A DNA stretch of 64,000 nucleotides, from contig JBJKQR010000072.1 in the NCBI GenBank assembly GCA_046735395.1, forward strand, positions 1 through 64,000, read 5' to 3'. Position numbers and translations under genes: made by a program. Shown piece after piece: positions 33,001 through 41,710 of this stretch; within the stretch, counting starts at the first letter, position 1; the number at the start of each line of letters is the position of its first letter. The notes under the pieces were generated by a model. That model was not told where the DNA came from and made no database searches. It saw nothing but the letters and a program-made list of their open reading frames with translations. This stretch comes from Fidelibacterota bacterium (GTDB lineage: Bacteria; Fidelibacterota; Fidelibacteria; Fidelibacterales; DSDE01).

Positions 33001-33983
33001 GTACCATCGCCGGAGGAAGCACTTCGGGTATTCAGGCAGAACTGCAGCTGTTTGACAGCGGCAAGCGGGTGATCCGGGAGTACCGGTATCTGAGCGGCGG
33101 AAGCTATCAAACGGGAACCGTCAATTACACACTTGGCGGGAATCGGCTGTTTACCGGGCCCGTGTCTGTGTCTGACGCGGCATTTACCGGCCGGTTCATT
33201 ATTCCCAAGGATATTTCCTACCAGGGAAACAGCGGGATCCTGCGGCTGCAGTACTGGAGTCCGGAAAACAGTGCAGAGGAAGGGATGTTTGCCAGAAATA
33301 ATCTCATTATTCAGGGCAGCAGCGACAGTGTTCAGACAGATTTTCAGGGACCGTCTATTCGGCTGATGAACGGGAAGGGACAGGAGCTGTCTGATGACGA
33401 TCTGCTGGATGATTCCAGTCGGGTTCAGATCCTGATCAGCGATCCGGGTGGTATCAATATTACCGGATCTACGGGCCATGGTATCAATCTGGTTCTGGAT
33501 GGCGGTCAGTCCTATGATATCACTTCAGATTTCAAATATGACAGGGATTCATGGTCTGACGGAAGTGTTCTGATCCGGGCGGGGGACTATTTTGAAAACG
33601 GCCGGAATCACTTTCAGATATCCGCATTTGATAATTATAATAATTTTGCCAGCATTGAAGGTGATATAACTGTACTTACAGTGGGTGAAGCTCCCCTGAC
33701 GGAGATTGTGAACTTTCCCAATCCTTTTCAATCCGGAACAGCTTTTACTTTTAAAACAGGTTTGGACGGAAGTGTAAAAATTTCCGTCTATACGGCCGGC
33801 GGACGAAAAATACTGAATCTCCCGGAGCGAAGCGTCAGTCAGGGATTCAATTATATTGACTGGGACGGAGAGGACAACTTCGGCCAGAAGATTGCCGCCG
33901 GGCCTTATCTCTACACACTGACCTTCACGACCGAATCCGGCAGGCGGTTTGATGTGACCGGAACCTGTGTGAAGCTGCCATGA
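30042..33983 (+). CDS. porU: Type IX secretion sortase PorU (C25 peptidase) with FlgD-like C-terminus
   Basis: YVLLFGDGSYD, GRLPV, NFIGHG, ATCDWG, LIGDP, GINITGSTGHG, NFPNPF. Confidence 0.82.
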   Translation: MVQKHLFKLKTIAAVLAVAAGVTAAPQGEYIRVSESENGVLTADLDFGTFSKTYRQETADIVTVYKAKNSTVTSYYDKLSVEGLSFAVVVQDDALPPVTCTYSSEVRSPDFSGVKLPGDYQNLTVSELRNYQGIKYRIVSVFPFYRNGQAFASAQVRVQLQRPGAGIPVSGPQKRILNRLVVNAEDARRAPSAILRKAAAPFTEKGRWIGITVAEEGIYRIRASDLSNAGIDPGTLIKDKIRLFSDSRFGLPYTADLPDPDSLFTEIPLLFIDGSGDVWDTEDMAAFYAPGPGQWLVSDVTQPQELQYRINPFDTVQRLWLFIPDDMSSAIDGKRIRFADITGASHGEQRDWSWDCLHHEKEEQNPQQGGTDWYGESFSGRSWQESIELDLPTAPASGSKDAMIRLAAAGGSTSGNSSHSHSFSFSLNGLKLQTSLTMSDYRAQRKDLTILSSLLNRNNTLSVSYTGNTDLNVAYMDYVDIIYPSDLQTTTDVLTPRFMGISAPFSFQAGGFGTYPAYVFDVTRSTDPVCSVVADAGAWINDDGTRVSSRYYIATESAFRSPASFTLSSTFNPDRSAWLSGNYDMVIISHTNFIDEAERLAEHKAVRAVDPLKVLVADMSDVYNRYSGGQTDPRAIRNFLLDLKLHNGTVPLRYVLLFGDGSYDYRNISGKAQNYIPQFEISAWDINDTRNSEDPFVYLSSNTTNTVDYPLGRLPVNSAKEAADVVDKIISYETRTQQGDWQARVTLVADDPTDPDVNNTDFILDTENKIAPLFPQGVIRNKLYLTEFPELYDPTIRAMGRVGARDAIISAFNNGSAIVNFIGHGSPTVWAQEYVFVKDRDLPLLKNTGKYPLVVAATCDWGRSDYTSSQSAAEDIVTLEDGGAIAAIAATRPVYNSDNVALVRKFYGTVFTDSASPTNPVSIGEGLMIAKQLLASNATTGNSIINASKFLLIGDPSLYLTIPGQSGEFTSISDDTLKALELVHVEGTIAGGSTSGIQAELQLFDSGKRVIREYRYLSGGSYQTGTVNYTLGGNRLFTGPVSVSDAAFTGRFIIPKDISYQGNSGILRLQYWSPENSAEEGMFARNNLIIQGSSDSVQTDFQGPSIRLMNGKGQELSDDDLLDDSSRVQILISDPGGINITGSTGHGINLVLDGGQSYDITSDFKYDRDSWSDGSVLIRAGDYFENGRNHFQISAFDNYNNFASIEGDITVLTVGEAPLTEIVNFPNPFQSGTAFTFKTGLDGSVKISVYTAGGRKILNLPERSVSQGFNYIDWDGEDNFGQKIAAGPYLYTLTFTTESGRRFDVTGTCVKLP

Positions 33984-34612
33984 TCCATCAGGATGTGATC
34001 GAACCCTGTATACTGGCATCAGCCTCTCCGCGCCGGCAACAGCTGCTGTCGGAAATGGGACTCACTTTCCGCGTCATTCCTTCAAATTTTGATGAACAAT
34101 CCGTTAACCCGGATAATTTCAGCACTCCGGAAGAGCTTGCCCTCCATCTGGCTGAAATGAAGGGGATGGATGTCGCCGCCTGTTTTCCCGAAAATCTGGT
34201 GATTGCCGCCGATACCATAGTTGTGCAGGAAGACCGCATTCTGGGCAAACCTGCAGATGAAAAGGACGCCGTAAGGATGCTGACACGCCTGTCCGGCCGG
34301 CATCATCGTGTGGTCACGGCCCTGGCATTGATCCGGGCCCGGGACGGACGCCGCGAAAGCGGCCTGGAAAGTACGGATGTGTTGTTCAGAAAACTGAGTG
34401 ACGGGGAGATCCGGGAATATGTCCGGACATATCAGCCGCTGGACAAGGCCGGAGCCTACGGTATTCAGGATGTGGGCGCCGCGTTGACAGAAGGGATTTC
34501 CGGCTGTTATTTCAATGTGGTGGGATTTCCCATCACCCGGTTTTACCGGCTCTGGCAGGATTTTCATTCCCGTCCTGAAGAGTCCACTCTCATTGTTGAT
34601 AAATCCAGGTGA
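33980..34612 (+). CDS. maf: Maf nucleoside triphosphate pyrophosphatase
   Basis: ILASASPRR, AADT, DKAGAYGIQ, NVVGFP. Confidence 0.93.
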   Translation: MIHQDVIEPCILASASPRRQQLLSEMGLTFRVIPSNFDEQSVNPDNFSTPEELALHLAEMKGMDVAACFPENLVIAADTIVVQEDRILGKPADEKDAVRMLTRLSGRHHRVVTALALIRARDGRRESGLESTDVLFRKLSDGEIREYVRTYQPLDKAGAYGIQDVGAALTEGISGCYFNVVGFPITRFYRLWQDFHSRPEESTLIVDKSR

Positions 34613-34720
34613 GGCAGGTCTTGGCCATTACAGCGCAAGTATTTGTTATTATTAATATAATCAGAGATGAAACTGTGGCTCGAAATTTGTTGTCAGGGAG
34701 GCGAACCGTAGGGAGGTAGT

Positions 34721-35674
34721 GTGAGCGGAAAACTTGACGAACTGATGAATGAAAACCGATTGGCGGATATCGGCAGCAAAGCATCCGGCAGCGGAATCAA
34801 CAATGTGGCTATTTTCGGCATGGGGACCATGGGGCGTGGCCTGGCCTGGGCCATTGCCTCGAAGGGCGTGACCGTAACCTGCGTGGAACGGACGGAAGAG
34901 GACGCCGCGAAGGTACAGCAGCTGCTGGATGAGGAAATGGACATGGAAATCCAGCGCTGGGGCCTGACAAAAAGTGAAAAGCGCGCCATTCTCTCACGGA
35001 CAAATTTTATCAGCGACCTGGAGGATATGGGGCCCTGTGATATGGTTCTGGAATGCATTCCCGAAGATCTGGATAAAAAAATCAGTCTCTTCAAAAAGCT
35101 GGATGCCATGTTTGAGCCGCAGGTCATTTTTGCGACCAATACGTCCACGCTGTCCATCACTGAGCTGGCCAACGCCACACAGAGGCCTGAGCTCTTTCTG
35201 GGCCTGCATTTTCTCAATCCCGTTCCAAAGATTTCCCTGGCGGAAGTCGTGCGCGGGCTGCATACCAGCAACGAGACTTTCAAGCGTATTCAGGAATTTG
35301 TCACACAGATCGGAAAAACCTCAGTCGAAGTGTTTGAGTATCCGGGATTTGTGACTACCCGGGTTATTCTGCCCATGCTGAATGAGGCCATGAATGTGGT
35401 GATGGAGGGCGTCGCCAGTCCGACCGGTGTGGATACGGCCATGCGTCTCGGCTATAATCTGAATATCGGGCCGCTGCGGCTTGCGGATACAATGGGACTG
35501 GACGAAGTTCTGAACTGGATGAGCGAGCTCTTCAAGGAACTGGGAGACCTGAAATACCGTCCCTGTCCCATTCTGAAGAAACTGGTCCGGGCCGGACACC
35601 TGGGAAAAAAGACCCGCAAGGGCTTTTTCATCTATGACGAACTGGGCCGCCTGGTCGGTGAAAACAAGTATTAG
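34721..35674 (+). CDS. 3-hydroxyacyl-CoA dehydrogenase (second paralog)
   Basis: [27 protein letters not shown]. Confidence 0.88.
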   Translation: MSGKLDELMNENRLADIGSKASGSGINNVAIFGMGTMGRGLAWAIASKGVTVTCVERTEEDAAKVQQLLDEEMDMEIQRWGLTKSEKRAILSRTNFISDLEDMGPCDMVLECIPEDLDKKISLFKKLDAMFEPQVIFATNTSTLSITELANATQRPELFLGLHFLNPVPKISLAEVVRGLHTSNETFKRIQEFVTQIGKTSVEVFEYPGFVTTRVILPMLNEAMNVVMEGVASPTGVDTAMRLGYNLNIGPLRLADTMGLDEVLNWMSELFKELGDLKYRPCPILKKLVRAGHLGKKTRKGFFIYDELGRLVGENKY

Positions 35675-35685
35675 ACGGGAGAATC

Positions 35686-36897
35686 ATGAGAGTACTGGTC
35701 ATAAACAGCGGCAGCTCATCTGTCAAATATCAGTTCATCGATACGGAAACGCGCAAGTATATTGCAAAGGGCCTGGTGGACCGCATCGGCCTGCAGGGTT
35801 CCTCCCTCAGACAGGAACGTCATGACGGGCACAAGATTCACCTGAGCGGTGACATCATTGATCATCAGATGGCTCTGGAATATGTTCTGGCCGGGCTGGT
35901 GAGCACCAATCACGGTGTGATCCGCTCCCTCGATGAAATTGATTCAGTCGGGCATCGCCTTGTACACGGTGGCGAACATTTCAAGGATTCGGTTCTCATC
36001 ACGGAAGAAGTGATGGATGTCCTCAATGAGTGCATTGATCTGGCGCCACTGCACAATCCTCCGAATATAAAGGGGATTCTGGCTGCCCGTTTTCATCTGC
36101 CCAACGTGCCCATGGTGGGGGTTTTCGATACGGCATTTCATTCCAAGATGCCGGACTATTCCTATATTTACGGCATTCCCTACGTGCTGTACAAGCGGCA
36201 TGGAATCCGCCGCTACGGATTTCACGGCACCTCCCATTATTATGTATCGCGCCGTTTCCGGGATATGGTGTCCGGGGATATAAAGGATCTGAAGATTATC
36301 ACCTGCCATCTGGGAAACGGAGGATCGGTTGCGGCTATTCACGGCGGCTATTCGGTCGATACCAGCATGGGCTTCACACCACTGGAGGGCCTGCTCATGG
36401 GTACCCGCTCCGGAGACATGGATCCGGGAATCATTTCGCATATCATGGCTAAGGAAGAGCTGGAAATCCGGGAGATCTCAGCCATGCTGAATAAGCACAG
36501 CGGACTGGTGGGCGTGTCCGGCCTGTCCAGCGATATGCGTGAAATCGAGGATGCCATCGCCGAGGGAAATAAGCGTGCCGAGCTGGCTTTCAATATTTTT
36601 ACCTACCGCGTAAAAAAATATATTTCCGCCTATGCCGGCGCCATGGGTGGCGTGGATGGTCTCGTCTTCACCGGCGGTATCGGAGAAAATTCCGCACTGG
36701 TCCGGGAGAAGGCAACCGAAGGTCTGGATTTTATGGGTATCTCTCTGGATGCAGCCAAAAACCGGGATTTTCCCCATGGCAGTGAAGGCTTTGTTTCCAC
36801 AGACGATTCCAAAGCGAAAATCGCTGTGATTCCCACCAATGAAGAACTTGTGATTGCCATTGATACGGAAAAAATCGTGAGTAAGGCGCTGGCGTGA
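35686..36897 (+). CDS. ackA: Acetate kinase
   Basis: INSGSSS, GHRLVHGG, APLHNP, FDTAFH, FTGGIGEN, TNEE. Confidence 0.96.
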   Translation: MRVLVINSGSSSVKYQFIDTETRKYIAKGLVDRIGLQGSSLRQERHDGHKIHLSGDIIDHQMALEYVLAGLVSTNHGVIRSLDEIDSVGHRLVHGGEHFKDSVLITEEVMDVLNECIDLAPLHNPPNIKGILAARFHLPNVPMVGVFDTAFHSKMPDYSYIYGIPYVLYKRHGIRRYGFHGTSHYYVSRRFRDMVSGDIKDLKIITCHLGNGGSVAAIHGGYSVDTSMGFTPLEGLLMGTRSGDMDPGIISHIMAKEELEIREISAMLNKHSGLVGVSGLSSDMREIEDAIAEGNKRAELAFNIFTYRVKKYISAYAGAMGGVDGLVFTGGIGENSALVREKATEGLDFMGISLDAAKNRDFPHGSEGFVSTDDSKAKIAVIPTNEELVIAIDTEKIVSKALA

Positions 36898-36904
36898 GGG
36901 CGTA

Positions 36905-38190
36905 ACAAGTTTGCCAGGTTTACGAGTTGACAGGTTGATAAGTTTACAAGCGGATAAAACGGGTACAGACGTTGCATGCAACGTCTCTGCCGAAATACGA
37001 TAGGCGCGGTGTATTTTGTTTCTTCCTCGTCTACCCGTCTACGCTGAAGCTGCGCCAGTAGCGAGTAACGAGTAGCCCGTCTTCGTTTCGCTTCGCTCAG
37101 CTTCGACGAGGCAGGCGAGTAGCGAGTATCGAGTCGGGATGAAAGGTGAAACTTTGGCTGGAACGAAACCGACAGTGGCTGAGTGGTATCATTCGGTGAC
37201 TGAGTGGTATCACCCGGTGGCTGAGCGGAGCCGAAGCCTATGTCATTGCGGACCTGATCCGCAATCTGGTTTACGAGTTGCGAGGGAAGAGGTGCAGAAA
37301 AAATATAATACCAAGCATTTCAAAATTGGGAGATTCCGGATCACGCCCGTCTTCGTTTCACTCGGACGTGGCTGTCCGGAATGACAGTTTCATAATAATG
37401 TAGGATTGGGTTTTCCACGATGAACCAGTAAACACGCAAACTTGCCAACGATTCCGTTTCTTCCCAACTCTACCACTTTACTACTCTACCGCTCTACATG
37501 TTCCGTTTCTTCCGCTTTAACGCTTCATCAATATTAATTCCCTTTTTCTTTCTCTGACTGACCAGAGAAAGAAACAAAGAGAGTCCTGGAGCTGAAGAAA
37601 AACAGGGACAGGGTCTCCGTTCCGCCTGAATCTCTCAATGCCTGCAAAGCCAGGCTGAATAGATTCTAACGGCTGCACTGCACCCCTGTTGAAATTCATA
37701 AACGCTCCTTCTCTAAAATCCTGTTTTTCTTATGCTCCAAAACGAAGAAGAGGTACGAAATCCCCGCCTACGTGTCATTGCGGGCTGTCACTGCGGACCG
37801 CCCAATCTGTCATTGCGGGCTTGACCCGCAATCTGGTTTTACGAGTTGCGAGGGAAGAGGTGCAGAAAAAATATAATACCAAGCATTTCAAAATTGGGAG
37901 ATTCCGGATCACGCCCGTCTTCGTTTCACTCGGACGTGGTTGTCCGGAATGACAGTTTCATAATATTGTAGGATTGGGTTTTCCACGATGAACCAGTAAA
38001 TATGCAAACTTGCCAACGATTCCGTTTCTTCCCAACTCTACCACTTTACTACTCTACCGCTCTACATGTTCCGTTTCTTCCTCGTCTACCCGTCTACCCT
38101 TTTACTCATCAACGCACAAACCCTCCAACTCCACATTCTCCGGTTCTTTATTCAAAATTCAACATTAAAAATCAAACATTCGAATCGCTC
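36905..38190. repeat. Mosaic intergenic repeat region: short-period arrays, palindromes and a ~273-bp direct duplication
   Basis: 37241-37513 near-identical to 37808-38081; blocks shared with 49331-50070. Confidence 0.9.
36963..36990. repeat. REP-like palindrome GTACAGACGTTGCATGCAACGTCTCT(G/A)C
   Basis: Perfect 20-bp palindrome at 36967-36986; second copy at 49639-49666. Confidence 0.8.
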
Positions 38191-38250
38191 CCTTGCAATA
38201 GCGTTCTGATTTTCCGATATTTGCACTTAAAACTGTAAGGAAAGGATATT

Positions 38251-39699
38251 ATGGAGCGGATTCAGACTGTAATCGATTCAATTTCCGGAATCATCTGGGG
38301 ATGGCCCACGCTGATGCCAATTATGGTTATCATCCTGCTGGGAACCGGTATTTTCATCACCTTCAGACTCAACTGGATACAGCTGTTTCGTACGAAGCAT
38401 GCCCTGCAGGTTATCAGAGGGAAATATGACAATCCGGAGGATGACGGGGATATCAATCATTTCCAGGCGCTGAGTGCTGCTCTGTCTGCCACAGTCGGTA
38501 TCGGCAATATCGCCGGTGTCGCCACTGCCATCCATTACGGCGGACCCGGGGCTCTGTTCTGGATGTGGATTACCGCCATTTTCGGCATGAGCCTCAAATA
38601 TGCGGAAGCGACCCTGGCTGTCGAATACCGTCAGATCAATGCGGACGGATCGGCCAGCGGCGGTCCCATGTATTATATTGAAAAAGGCCTGGGCCCGAAA
38701 TGGAAACCGCTCGCTCTGGCCTTCGGAACCTTTACCGTTCTGGCCAGCTTCGGTACCGGAAACAGTATCCAGGCTTTCACGGTCTCGGACCAGTTCCTCA
38801 GTGAATTCAAGCTGGCGCTGGCGCCCGGCAACTGGCTCGTTGTTCCGGTAAATTTTATGGGAATCATGGTGGAACCGGCCCGTATCATCACCGGTCTGAT
38901 CGTGGCGGCTTTGCTGGCATTTGTCATCATCGGCGGTATCAAGCGCATCGGTCATGTGGCCGCCAAACTGGCCCCGACCATGGCGCTGATCTATGTTGTT
39001 TCAGCTCTGCTGATCATAATTATTCATTTTGACCGGATCCTTCCGACCTTCGGAATCATCTTCAGGGAAGCTTTTGCTCCCAGGGCCCAGTTCTCAGGCG
39101 TGGCTGGCGGAGGATTCCTGATTTTTCTCAATACCATGATATGGGGTGTGAAGCGCGGACTCTTTTCCAATGAGGCCGGGCAGGGATCTGCACCCATTGC
39201 CCATGCTGCGGCCAAGACGAAGGAAGCTGCCCGTGAAGGCGCCGTCGCCATGCTCGGCCCGCTGGTGGATACACTCATTATCTGCAGTATGACCGGTCTG
39301 GTTATCGTCTCCACCGGAGCCTATCTCATGTCAGACCTGAACGGATCTCCGCTGACAGCCCAGGCCTTCAAGGCCGGACTGGCTCCTCTTTTTCCCTGGG
39401 GAGACAAAATCATCACACTGTCTGTCTTTCTGTTTGCTGTCAGCACGGCCATCTCCTGGTCCTATTATGGTGACAGAGCCATGGAATATCTCTTCGGACA
39501 CAAAAGCATCAGACATTATAAACTGGTGTATGTCCTGGTCAATTTCATCGGGTCCATTGTGTCTCTGGAAATTGTCTGGGGATTCGGCGACATCGCACTC
39601 GGCCTCATGGCCATTCCCAATCTCATCGCGCTTATCTTTCTGTCGCCGGTGGTTGTACGTCTGACCAGGGATTATTTTTCCAGTCAGGATAAAATCTGA
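38251..39699 (+). CDS. Alanine/glycine:cation symporter (AGCS family)
   Basis: ATVGIGNIAGVA, GGPGALFWMW, GGPMYY, RGLFSNEAG. Confidence 0.93.
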   Translation: MERIQTVIDSISGIIWGWPTLMPIMVIILLGTGIFITFRLNWIQLFRTKHALQVIRGKYDNPEDDGDINHFQALSAALSATVGIGNIAGVATAIHYGGPGALFWMWITAIFGMSLKYAEATLAVEYRQINADGSASGGPMYYIEKGLGPKWKPLALAFGTFTVLASFGTGNSIQAFTVSDQFLSEFKLALAPGNWLVVPVNFMGIMVEPARIITGLIVAALLAFVIIGGIKRIGHVAAKLAPTMALIYVVSALLIIIIHFDRILPTFGIIFREAFAPRAQFSGVAGGGFLIFLNTMIWGVKRGLFSNEAGQGSAPIAHAAAKTKEAAREGAVAMLGPLVDTLIICSMTGLVIVSTGAYLMSDLNGSPLTAQAFKAGLAPLFPWGDKIITLSVFLFAVSTAISWSYYGDRAMEYLFGHKSIRHYKLVYVLVNFIGSIVSLEIVWGFGDIALGLMAIPNLIALIFLSPVVVRLTRDYFSSQDKI

Positions 39700-39808
39700 A
39701 AACGAAGCAGTCGTCCGCATTTCGCTGCGGACCTATTGACATATCTTAGCAAAACGTGGTGCGATTTGCGTATATTAACCCGGTTCATGGGGAGAGGGTC
39801 CGGAAGGA

Positions 39809-41692
39809 ATGAAGAACAGAACACCGATCCTGAATACACTTCAGGAAAATCTCAGCGACAGCCTTGAACGAATCGGTTCGGAGCTGACCAGACAACTTGT
39901 CAAGATCCGCTATGTGGACGGGCATCGTTTCCGGCTGGCTGTCATTGTCGCGGCCAAACGGCTGATCGCAAACCAGGATTACCTGAACAAGATCAATGTA
40001 TTCCCGGTTCCCGACGGGGATACGGGCACCAATATGGCGAGCACATTGCACACCATTATCATTGCCCTGAGGAATACCAGTCATGCTGCCATTGACAGCA
40101 TGAGTTCCGAGATCAGCGAGTCCGCATTTGAAGGAGCCCGTGGAAACAGCGGTGTGATTCTGGCCCAGTTTTTCTACGGCCTGGCCCTTCAGCTGGAGAA
40201 TAAGCGTCATGTGAGTACGCTGGACTTCAGTTACGCGGCGGAACAGGCGGCGTCCCAGAGCTATACCGCCATGGAAAATCCCCAGGAGGGGACCATCCTG
40301 TCGGTGATACGGATCTGGGCAGAAGCCTGGCGTGAACTGGCGCCCGAATGTGATGACTTTTCCGAGATTCTCGATCTGGCTCTGGATCGCAGCCGGAAGG
40401 AGCTGGAGCAATCACCTAAAAAGCTGAAAGTCCTGCGGAATTCCAATGTCGTGGATGCGGGTGCCCAGGGCTTTGTTCATATGCTGGAAGGGATCCGGGA
40501 TTTTATCCGTGGTGGAAAAATTCGTGAAATCTGGGAGGAACTGAAGGAAATCGCAGCCCCCTTTCAGACTGACAGCGAAAGTATCGCCTTTGATCCGGAA
40601 GTCAAATACCGGTACTGTACCGAGTGCCTCATGGATGCGGATTCAATTGATCGCGATGCGATCCGCAAACGTCTGGGACCGCTCGGTAACTCCATGATTC
40701 TCGCCGGAACCCAGACCCGTCTCAAGCTTCATATTCATACCGATACACCCGAGGAAGTCTTCAGTATTCTGGAAGAGTACGGGAGCGTCCGCCGGAAAAA
40801 AGCCGATGACATGAAAAAGCAGGTTGAGCTGCGCAGCCAGAAGGAAAAGAGCATTGCGCTGGTTGTGGACAGCACGGCCGATCTGCCGGAGGACCTGCTC
40901 AGTGAATACAACATCAATGTTGTCCCTGTCCGTGTCAGTTTCGGCGGGAAGGAATTCATCGACAAGGTCACCATTGACAATGCCACCTTCTACCGGAAAC
41001 TGGTGGAAGGGCCGCATCATCCCAAGACCAGCCAGCCGTCGCCCCGTGATTTCGTTAATATGTACCGCTATCTGTCCAGCCATTATGAACAGATCCTCAG
41101 TATCCATGTCACCAGCGCGCTCAGCGGGACGTATCAGACTGCCAAGGCGGCCGGGGAGGAAGTGAGCGGAGCAAATATCCATTTCTTTGATTCAAAACTG
41201 ACCAGCCTGGGCCTGGGACTCACCGCCATGAAGGCAGGTGAACTCATTCGCCAGAAGAAAAGCATGGATGAGATCCTCGATGCCCTCCGGATCTATATTG
41301 AAAGAAGCCGCCTGTATATTGTGTTCGGAGGACTGGACTTTGTCATCAAAGGGGGACGACTGAACAAGAATATCGGAAAGTTTCTGAAATTTCTGGGACT
41401 GCTGCCGCTCATCTATTTTGATCCGCAGGGTAAGCTCGGGAAGGACGGATTCATAAAAAACGCTCCTGACAATTTTAAAAAAGTCATTATCAAAATGAAA
41501 AATCAATTGAAAAATACCCGCCCGGAGCATCTGGCAGTCATCCATGCCAATGCCCCTGAAAAGGCACAGGCAATTTCCGCCGAGCTTGAAAAAGAATTCC
41601 CCGGCGTACCTGTCATCCTGTCGGAACTGGGGCCGGCTCTCGGAGTCCATGCAGGGCCCGGAACTGTCGGGCTGGGATATTTTCTCTCATAA
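39809..41692 (+). CDS. DAK2 (FakA-like) plus DegV (FakB-like) fusion protein
   Basis: NVFPVPDGDTGTNM, GARGNSG, VVDAG; then VDSTAD, TSQP, SGT, HAGPG. Confidence 0.9.
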   Translation: MKNRTPILNTLQENLSDSLERIGSELTRQLVKIRYVDGHRFRLAVIVAAKRLIANQDYLNKINVFPVPDGDTGTNMASTLHTIIIALRNTSHAAIDSMSSEISESAFEGARGNSGVILAQFFYGLALQLENKRHVSTLDFSYAAEQAASQSYTAMENPQEGTILSVIRIWAEAWRELAPECDDFSEILDLALDRSRKELEQSPKKLKVLRNSNVVDAGAQGFVHMLEGIRDFIRGGKIREIWEELKEIAAPFQTDSESIAFDPEVKYRYCTECLMDADSIDRDAIRKRLGPLGNSMILAGTQTRLKLHIHTDTPEEVFSILEEYGSVRRKKADDMKKQVELRSQKEKSIALVVDSTADLPEDLLSEYNINVVPVRVSFGGKEFIDKVTIDNATFYRKLVEGPHHPKTSQPSPRDFVNMYRYLSSHYEQILSIHVTSALSGTYQTAKAAGEEVSGANIHFFDSKLTSLGLGLTAMKAGELIRQKKSMDEILDALRIYIERSRLYIVFGGLDFVIKGGRLNKNIGKFLKFLGLLPLIYFDPQGKLGKDGFIKNAPDNFKKVIIKMKNQLKNTRPEHLAVIHANAPEKAQAISAELEKEFPGVPVILSELGPALGVHAGPGTVGLGYFLS

Positions 41693-41710
41693 CCACACCG
41701 TGAGGTTTAT

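Noticed and set aside
37139..38238. Short ORFs at 37139, 37517, 37689, 38002 (also 49399, 49612, 49996)
   Set aside because: They are translations of repeat modules and diverge where the modules are permuted; no protein family motifs.
38082..38250. Glycine riboswitch before the AGCS transporter
   Set aside because: No GGAGA...CCGAAG...CTCTCAGG aptamer motifs visible.
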